A stretch of 64,000 bases of DNA from IMG/VR virus record IMGVR_UViG_3300025466_000015; one strand, 5' to 3'. Positions 15,712 through 21,100 of this stretch are shown one piece after another. Below the pieces are notes generated by a model. That model saw nothing but the letters and a program-made list of their open reading frames with translations, was not told the origin of the DNA and made no database searches. Every line of letters begins with the position of its first letter. Position 1 is the stretch's first letter. The DNA comes from a virus. A program made the position numbers and the translations under genes.

Positions 15712-15921
15712 TACTAAAATACATTAGGTTACCAACTCTAGTAGGTGACTTTTTAGGTTGAAATGCGGGCCGCTGCATACCTTTAAAGTTACATGAAGCC
15801 TTCCGATGGCGCTAGAATCAGTTGAAGTGTAATGTGGAGATTGTCTTATCGGCAGACGAAGCCGTGAGAAGCTGGATGAAGTTCCAGAACGACAATCACA
15901 TCCTAATGTATTTCAGTATGG
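15709..15921 (+). ncRNA. ~210-nt multibranched structured RNA of unknown family
   Basis: 20-bp closing helix with one A.C mismatch and at least 7 nested internal helices. Confidence 0.65.
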
Positions 15922-15924
15922 TGT

Positions 15925-16047
15925 CATTTGTTTTGCTGACGTAAGCCATGGGGGAAACGTCAACCCTGAGTAACTGCGTATATAAACGGTACGTCTAGCT
16001 AGCAATTCCGTTGAGCGTCAGCAAATAGTGCGTCAGCAAAACAAATG
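15925..16047 (+). ncRNA. ~120-nt stem-closed RNA of unknown family
   Basis: Perfect 17-bp helix CATTTGTTTTGCTGACG/CGTCAGCAAAACAAATG; internal duplicate GCGTCAGCAAA. Confidence 0.55.
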
Positions 16048-16121
16048 GTCTCATAGTATAATGGTTAGTACGGTGGCTTGTCACGCCACTAATAGGAGTT
16101 CGATTCTCCTTGGGACCGCCA
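16047..16121 (+). tRNA. tRNA-Asp(GTC)
   Basis: GTGGC-tt GTC ac-GCCAC; G73-CCA. Confidence 0.92.
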
Positions 16122-16125
16122 ATTT

Positions 16126-16225
16126 TTAAAATGTGTGTAGCAGTTGAGTCTGCCATAAAACACGGTTCGCCTGTAGCACGGTACTCAGCCCGACATAAAG
16201 AACAGTTACTGACCACACATTTTAA
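16126..16225 (+). ncRNA. ~100-nt stem-closed RNA of unknown family
   Basis: 12-bp helix TTAAAATGTGTG/CACACATTTTAA; internal TGAGT/ACTCA and GG-TTCG-CC hairpin. Confidence 0.5.
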
Positions 16226-16235
16226 TTTGTTTTAT

Positions 16236-16370
16236 GCTCAGAAACATCCACGCTACGGTTCGCAACCGTGGGTCCACGGTGAGTTCGCTACTCATGGCAG
16301 TTGGAGAGGTAAACACCCCCGCCACAGGGGGTCTCCGGTGAAAGAAGGTGGGATTCCTTCGTGAGCGCCA
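16236..16370 (+). ncRNA. 135-nt tRNA-like RNA ending in CCA
   Basis: GCTCA/TGAGC-G-CCA acceptor-like end, T-arm GAAGG-tgggatt-CCTTC, two internal TTCGC hairpins, no anticodon arm. Confidence 0.65.
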
Positions 16371-16374
16371 ATTT

Positions 16375-16450
16375 GGAATCGTAGCTCAGTTGGCAGAGCA
16401 GCGGACTTTTAATCCGTAGGTCAGGAGTTCAAATCTCCTCGGTTCCACCA
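16375..16450 (+). tRNA. tRNA-Lys(TTT)
   Basis: GCGGA-ct TTT aa-TCCGT; CCA. Confidence 0.93.
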
Positions 16451-16457
16451 GCTTTAT

Positions 16458-16532
16458 GGAGAGATTAGTTTAGTGGTAAAACCACGGGTTGTGATTCCGT
16501 TATCACGGGTTCGATTCCCGTATTTCTCCCCA
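16458..16532 (+). tRNA. tRNA-His(GTG)
   Basis: tt GTG at loop; G-1 and C73. Confidence 0.92.
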
Positions 16533-16539
16533 AGATTAT

Positions 16540-16614
16540 TCCACAGTAGCACAGCGGTAGTGCAGTTGGCTGTTAACCAATTGGTCGTAGGTTCAATCCC
16601 TGCCTGTGGAGCCA
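16540..16614 (+). tRNA. tRNA-Asn(GTT)
   Basis: GTTGG-ct GTT aa-CCAAT; G73-CCA. Confidence 0.92.
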
Positions 16615-16621
16615 AGTAAAT

Positions 16622-16706
16622 GGATGTGCCGCCGTAATGGTATGGCAGGAGACTGTAAATCTTCCGGTTTACACCACAGTTGGTTCGATCCCAACCACAT
16701 CCACCA
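16622..16706 (+). tRNA. tRNA-Tyr(GTA)
   Basis: ct GTA aa loop; long variable arm; CCA. Confidence 0.9.
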
Positions 16707-16710
16707 TTTT

Positions 16711-16786
16711 GCCCCTATAGCTCATCTGGTAGAGCAACTGATTTGTAATCAGTAGGTGCCGTGTTCGAGTCATGGTGGGGGCACCA
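16711..16786 (+). tRNA. tRNA-Thr(TGT)
   Basis: ACTGA-tt TGT aa-TCAGT; CCA. Confidence 0.92.
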
Positions 16787-16792
16787 ATTTTT

Positions 16793-16869
16793 CGGAGTGT
16801 AGCACAGCCTGGTAGTGCGCTTGCTTTGGGAGCAAGAGGTCCAAGGTTCGAATCCTTGTACTCCGACCA
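16793..16869 (+). tRNA. tRNA-Pro(TGG)
   Basis: CTTGC-tt TGG ga-GCAAG; C1-G72; CCA. Confidence 0.93.
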
Positions 16870-16963
16870 TTTCATATGAAGGTGTAAATTCTCTACTTGT
16901 AGTCCAAAATTCTTTGGCCTTGTAGGGTTCTGTAAAAATGCCTTTATTCATTTCCGTATTTAT

Positions 16964-17037
16964 GGGGGATTAGTATAATGGGATTACGGCAGCTTTGCAA
17001 GTTGTTTATAGGAGTTCGATTCTCCTATCCTCCACCA
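16964..17037 (+). tRNA. tRNA-Ala(TGC)
   Basis: tt TGC aa loop; G3.U70; CCA. Confidence 0.9.
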
Positions 17038-17042
17038 TTCAT

Positions 17043-17117
17043 AGTGACGTAGCTTAACGGTAGAGCAAATCCTTCATACGGATTAGGTTGGGGGCTCGAA
17101 TCCCTCCGTCACTACCA
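17043..17117 (+). tRNA. tRNA-Met(CAT), probably elongator
   Basis: AATCC-tt CAT ac-GGATT; paired 1-72; CCA. Confidence 0.82.
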
Positions 17118-17119
17118 AT

Positions 17120-17194
17120 CGGTCCTTAGTAAAATGAATATTACACAGAGCTACGAACTCTGAAGTGGGAGTTTGATTCTCTCAGGACCGGCCA
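17120..17194 (+). tRNA. tRNA-Arg(ACG)
   Basis: CAGAG-ct ACG aa-CTCTG; variant T-loop TTTGATT; CCA. Confidence 0.85.
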
Positions 17195-17200
17195 ATATAT

Positions 17201-17274
17201 ACTCTCATAGTTAAATGGTATAACAGACGCTTGATAAGCGTCCATTACAAGTTCAATTCTTGTTGGGAGTACCA
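17201..17274 (+). tRNA. tRNA-Ile(GAT)
   Basis: GACGC-tt GAT aa-GCGTC; CCA. Confidence 0.9.
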
Positions 17275-17276
17275 AT

Positions 17277-17351
17277 ATCTCGTTAGTGTAACGGTAACAT
17301 GCTGGTCTCCAAAACCATGCGATTGCGGTTCGAATCCGTAGCGGGATACCA
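17277..17351 (+). tRNA. tRNA-Trp(CCA)
   Basis: ct CCA aa loop; GGTTCGAATCC; CCA. Confidence 0.87.
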
Positions 17352-17352
17352 A

Positions 17353-17967
17353 TTATTCTGAAACTGATTCAGCAGGATGCCATTCTGTTGGTGTCACACC
17401 TTCAAGCAAGGTGGATAAATCTAAACCATAATAATAGTCTTCTAATATTTCTTTCATATAATCAAGAACCTCTATTTTGTGTTTGAATTGTTTTAATTCA
17501 CCTTCACGGAATTTAATTTGATCCTGTATGATACTTTTAATGAAGTTTTCACCTTCTTTTTTACGGTTAACCTTATTTAAAATTTTATTGAGCTTGATTA
17601 TAAAACCATTACATGTTATAATGTTATCTTTAATTTGGCCAACGTTATCTTGCATTTCTCTTTTCATTACAAAGATTAAATCATCATGGTCTGGATTAAT
17701 TTTTGTAATGCAATGAGTTGTTAAACCTGCTAACTCTTGTAACGCTTCTGTTCTAATCGGAATATCTTCTTCTATTTTGCCTGTTGCATCATAGTCGGCT
17801 CTTCTGGATGGATCACTAAGTACTTCGTAAGCAAGTTTAATTTTTTTAAAAGTGGTCTCATCACCACCTTTATCAGGATGATGTTGTTGAGCCAAAGCTC
17901 TGTATCTTTGTTTGATTTCATCAAAGGTGCATCTTGGAGATAGTCCTAGTTCATCGTATAAGTTCAT
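17353..17967 (-). CDS. DnaJ (J-domain) protein
   Basis: NLYDELGL..EIKQRYRALAQQHHPDKGGD..AYEVLSDP; minus-strand TATAAATA at 17992-17999. Confidence 0.9.
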   Translation of the reverse strand: MNLYDELGLSPRCTFDEIKQRYRALAQQHHPDKGGDETTFKKIKLAYEVLSDPSRRADYDATGKIEEDIPIRTEALQELAGLTTHCITKINPDHDDLIFVMKREMQDNVGQIKDNIITCNGFIIKLNKILNKVNRKKEGENFIKSIIQDQIKFREGELKQFKHKIEVLDYMKEILEDYYYGLDLSTLLEGVTPTEWHPAESVSE

Positions 17968-18010
17968 TTTATTGATTTAAAAGTTGTAAGATATTTATAA
18001 AGGTGGTTAT

Positions 18011-18493
18011 ATGAGAAAATTTGATATAGAAGAAGTTAAATCATTTCTTGCTTCACAAGGACCAGATACTAAAGTTTATCTTGGTGCTGATTCTGAAAGA
18101 GTAAGAGTCAATGGTGTTTGGTATGCAGACTACGCTTTGGCCGTTGTTGTTCATATTGATGGCCGCCATGGTTGTAAAATTTTTGGTTATGTTGAACGAG
18201 AAATTGATTACGACCACAAGAAAAGTAAACCAGCAATGAGATTAATGACCGAAGTTTATAAAGTTTCGGATTTATTTCAATCACTTGCTGAAGTATTGGA
18301 AGACTTCCATGTTGAAGTGCATCTAGACCTGAACAAATCGGATCTATTTGGTTCATCATGTGTAGTACAACAAGCAATTGGTTATATCAAAGGTACATGT
18401 AATATGACACCAATGGTTAAACCAGATGCACCTGCGGCTTCTTTTTGTGCTGATAGATTAAAAAGAATTCTAACAGAACAAGAAGCAGTTTAA
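18011..18493 (+). CDS. RNase H-like YkuK (DUF458) family protein
   Basis: VYLGADS, RLMTEV, EVHLDLN, KPDAPAASFCADR. Confidence 0.8.
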   Translation: MRKFDIEEVKSFLASQGPDTKVYLGADSERVRVNGVWYADYALAVVVHIDGRHGCKIFGYVEREIDYDHKKSKPAMRLMTEVYKVSDLFQSLAEVLEDFHVEVHLDLNKSDLFGSSCVVQQAIGYIKGTCNMTPMVKPDAPAASFCADRLKRILTEQEAV

Positions 18494-18512
18494 TTTTTTT
18501 ATAAGGATTTTT

Positions 18513-18770
18513 ATGAGTTATATTCCATTGAATGGTAAAATTATTGTTGAACGTATTGAAGCATCAAAAGAAACAGCTTCAGGTATTATTTTAAAATCTT
18601 CTGGTGAACCAGATAGAGCAAAAGTAATTACTGTTGCTGATAATTTGGATGAAGTTTCAATTAATGATGAGTTGCTTGTTAATTGGAATGGAGCCGTAAA
18701 ATTAGAAAACGATATTTACAGTATTGACATTGAACATGTTGTTGCTGTATACGATGCCTCGTTAGTTTAA
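18513..18770 (+). CDS. groES: Co-chaperonin GroES-like
   Basis: IPLNGKIIVERIE..TASGIIL..AKVITV..IEHVVAV. Confidence 0.85.
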   Translation: MSYIPLNGKIIVERIEASKETASGIILKSSGEPDRAKVITVADNLDEVSINDELLVNWNGAVKLENDIYSIDIEHVVAVYDASLV

Positions 18771-18829
18771 TGGTAGAACACCGCCCTTACAAGACGGTTA
18801 CGGCAGTTCGATTCTGTCACGAGGTACCA
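18756..18829 (+). tRNA. tRNA-Val(TAC)
   Basis: ct TAC aa loop; CCA; 5' end overlaps groES stop. Confidence 0.88.
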
Positions 18830-18830
18830 T

Positions 18831-18906
18831 GCAACCTTAGCTGATGTGGTCATAGCGGCGGTTTGAAGAGCCGTGGAAGTTGGTTCGATTCCAACAGGTT
18901 GCACCA
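18831..18906 (+). tRNA. tRNA-Phe(GAA)
   Basis: GCGGT-tt GAA ga-GCCGT; CCA. Confidence 0.88.
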
Positions 18907-18964
18907 AATAATGTAATACTTGTTTTATATAAATATATCATGTATACCATTTTTAAGGATAGAA

Positions 18965-19426
18965 ATGAGACAAGATATAATAGATAGAAAACAAGATATA
19001 CTCATTTGGATTAACGAAAATCAATCTAAATCTTTTATTTGCAAACAACTTGGATGTAAACCAGAAACACTTGAAAGTTATCTAAAAAAGTTTGGTGTTG
19101 TTTATAAAGGCAACATGGGACTAAAGGGTAAAAAAACAGACAGTAAATATGTTCCAGCTTTGGATTATATCAAAGGTTCTTTTGTTTCCGCACACAAACT
19201 AAAATTAAAATTAATCCGTGATGGTATAAAAGAGCATAGATGTGAATTGTGTAGCACAATTGAATGGATGTCTCAAAAAGTTCCTTTAGAGCTTGACCAC
19301 ATAGACGGAAATCATTATAATAATGAATTGTCTAACCTGAGAATTATTTGTCCAAATTGTCATGCACAACAGGATACTAATTCAGGTAAGAATGTAAAAC
19401 ATCGTAAAAAAATATTGCCCCTTTGA
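18965..19426 (+). CDS. HNH homing endonuclease within the tRNA array
   Basis: CELC..LELDHIDGNHYNNELSNLRIICPNCH; late promoter TATAAATA at 18928-18935. Confidence 0.9.
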   Translation: MRQDIIDRKQDILIWINENQSKSFICKQLGCKPETLESYLKKFGVVYKGNMGLKGKKTDSKYVPALDYIKGSFVSAHKLKLKLIRDGIKEHRCELCSTIEWMSQKVPLELDHIDGNHYNNELSNLRIICPNCHAQQDTNSGKNVKHRKKILPL

Positions 19427-19501
19427 TGTAACTGGTAGCCATGCGGTCCTTAGAAGTCCGTGCCGAAAGGTGTGAGGGTTCGAATCCCTTGGGGGGCACC
19501 A
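19417..19501 (+). tRNA. tRNA-Leu(TAG)
   Basis: ct TAG aa loop; variable arm GCC-GAAA-GGT; CCA. Confidence 0.87.
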
Positions 19502-19505
19502 ATAT

Positions 19506-19582
19506 GTGGTTGTGATGGAATTGGTATACATATCAGACTTAAAATCTGAGTTTTGTGGGTTCGAGTCCCACCTTCCACACCA
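19506..19582 (+). tRNA. tRNA-Leu(TAA), short variable region
   Basis: TCAGA-ct TAA aa-TCTGA; 5-nt variable loop; two U.U pairs in acceptor stem. Confidence 0.8.
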
Positions 19583-19586
19583 TGAG

Positions 19587-19664
19587 GCCCCTGTGGACAA
19601 ATTGGCAAAGTCGTTTCTCTCAAAAGGAAAAATTCTCTCGGTTCGACTCCGAGCGGGGGTACCA
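19587..19664 (+). tRNA. tRNA-Leu(CAA), short variable region
   Basis: TTTCT-ct CAA aa-GGAAA; CCA. Confidence 0.82.
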
Positions 19665-19736
19665 GTAATAATGTAATAAAAGTAATAAGAGTAATATCCT
19701 GTGTAGGATGTTAAGTGCTGATGTATAATAACATCT

Positions 19737-20018
19737 ATGAAAAACACTATATTACTCCTATCATTTTTAGCAACTGCCTGTGGCGGAGGTGAACCAAATA
19801 CTTCCGTAACCAAACCATGTGTCAGTAACATTGTAGCAACTATGTCTGAGATGACCTCGCCATTTTTTGAAGGTATGGGTACGCCTGATAGCATTACCAC
19901 ATTTCCTATAATAAATGGTCAACATAGTATTGAATATGATTTTAAATCACTACATAAGAGACTAACATTTATTTGGACAGACCAAGGTGTTTGCCAAGAA
20001 ATAGAAACAACAATTTGA
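19737..20018 (+). CDS. Small lipoprotein
   Basis: MKNTILLLSFLATA-C lipobox. Confidence 0.65.
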   Translation: MKNTILLLSFLATACGGGEPNTSVTKPCVSNIVATMSEMTSPFFEGMGTPDSITTFPIINGQHSIEYDFKSLHKRLTFIWTDQGVCQEIETTI

Positions 20019-20093
20019 CTGCCGTTAGTATAATGGATAATACAGCTGCCTTCTAAGCAGTCAATAGAGGTTCGATTCCTCTACGGCGGACCA
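20019..20093 (+). tRNA. tRNA-Arg(TCT)
   Basis: ct TCT aa loop; GGTTCGATTCC; CCA. Confidence 0.9.
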
Positions 20094-20121
20094 ATAAATA
20101 GTAATAGTTAAGGAGAAACTA

Positions 20122-20454
20122 ATGTCATATATTATTCAACTCGTAAAAAATAAACCGGAAGACAAACAATTTTTTAGATATGGTTATAAAGATTCCGATG
20201 CGAATACTATTGTGAAAAATATTAATAGTTGGATCAATAGTCAACCTGGTCTTATTAGTCGTAACACGCCGCCTCCTGCAGATTTTGATATTGCAAATTC
20301 TAATATAATAATTGAAAGTTTTGAATTTAAATCAAATGTTTTTGCTGAAATATTTCAAGCACAAACCGCTTCAAATCCGGATTGGCAATTACGATTAAGT
20401 TACGAAGCAAACAATTCAATTACATCAACTTGGCAAGTGGTTGAAAATACATAA
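20122..20454 (+). CDS. Hypothetical protein
   Basis: SD AAGGAG; ATAAATA late-like element upstream. Confidence 0.6.
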   Translation: MSYIIQLVKNKPEDKQFFRYGYKDSDANTIVKNINSWINSQPGLISRNTPPPADFDIANSNIIIESFEFKSNVFAEIFQAQTASNPDWQLRLSYEANNSITSTWQVVENT

Positions 20455-20456
20455 TT

Positions 20457-20531
20457 GCTCCGATAGCTTAATGGTAAAGCAACCGACTCATAATCGGTTG
20501 AGTCTGTGTTCAATTCACAGTCGGAGCACCA
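20457..20531 (+). tRNA. tRNA with CAT anticodon, probably Ile2 (lysidine type)
   Basis: ACCGA-ct CAT aa-TCGGT resembles the bacterial ileX arm; CCA. Confidence 0.75.
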
Positions 20532-20549
20532 AGTTTACCACAAGGACGC

Positions 20550-20578
20550 TTGACAAGAGCGCCTATATAAGATACAAT
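20550..20578 (+). promoter_or_regulatory. sigma70 promoter TTGACA-17-TACAAT
   Basis: Directly upstream of the Gly tRNA group. Confidence 0.75.
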
Positions 20579-20590
20579 CTAATTTTAGTT

Positions 20591-20665
20591 GCGGGTATGG
20601 TGCTAGTGGTAACACAAGACCTTGCCAAGGTTTAGTTGAGAGTTCGATTCTCTCTACCCGCTCCA
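20591..20665 (+). tRNA. tRNA-Gly(GCC)
   Basis: tt GCC aa loop; GCG start; U73-CCA. Confidence 0.9.
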
Positions 20666-20672
20666 GTTTATT

Positions 20673-20746
20673 GCGGATTTAGTTTAATGGTAGAACGGGA
20701 GATTTCCAATCTTTCGGCAACAGTTCGATTCTGTTAATCCGCTCCA
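20673..20746 (+). tRNA. tRNA-Gly(TCC)
   Basis: tt TCC aa loop; U73-CCA. Confidence 0.9.
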
Positions 20747-20751
20747 GTTAT

Positions 20752-20816
20752 GCGGGGGTTTCAAACAACATTGGGGTCCACCTGATGTCCTAGTGAGAAT
20801 CTAGGCACCCGCTCCA
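20752..20816 (+). ncRNA. 65-nt D-armless Gly-type mini-tRNA / tRNA mimic
   Basis: GCGGG/CCCGC-U-CCA acceptor; 8-bp arm with GTCCA loop; T-arm CCTAG-tgagaat-CTAGG; no D arm. Confidence 0.65.
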
Positions 20817-20835
20817 ATTTATTATGGAGTTCATA

Positions 20836-21027
20836 ATGTCTGATGGTGGCAAAGGAAGTAATCCAAGACCTTTTAGTGTAGACCAAGACACTTATGGTAA
20901 AAACTTTGACGCCATCTTCCGTAAACCTACACCAAAAGAATTAGATGATGAGGCAGCTGAAAAAGAAGCTTTTGATAAATTATCGCAGGGTGGTGAAACA
21001 GTATCACGAAGGACTCATAATCCTTAG
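20836..21027 (+). CDS. Small hypothetical protein (GGKGSxPRP motif)
   Basis: SD GGAG; MSDGGKGSNPRPFSV..NFDAIFRK; 3' end runs into tRNA-fMet. Confidence 0.6.
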   Translation: MSDGGKGSNPRPFSVDQDTYGKNFDAIFRKPTPKELDDEAAEKEAFDKLSQGGETVSRRTHNP

Positions 21028-21057
21028 TTCTTGGTGCGACTCCAGGCTCTGCAACCA
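20984..21057 (+). tRNA. Initiator tRNA-fMet(CAT)
   Basis: C1.A72 mismatch; ct CAT aa loop; CCA; lacks the full three G-C anticodon-stem pairs. Confidence 0.8.
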
Positions 21058-21100
21058 GTTCATATAAATATCCAGTTATCGTTTAACTTGGATATAGAAA

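Noticed and set aside
15709-16370. tmRNA, RNase P RNA, 6S RNA or group I intron
   Set aside because: No Ala-type G3.U70 end with tag ORF, no GAGGAAAGUCC P4 signature, and no recognisable P7 core; sizes do not fit
14264-16875. ORF-track entries over the tRNA region (14264..14500-, 15995..16216-, 16110..16364+, 16669..16875-), also 19382..19900- and 20441..20635+
   Set aside because: They are translations of tRNA or structured-RNA sequence, with no SD and no protein motifs
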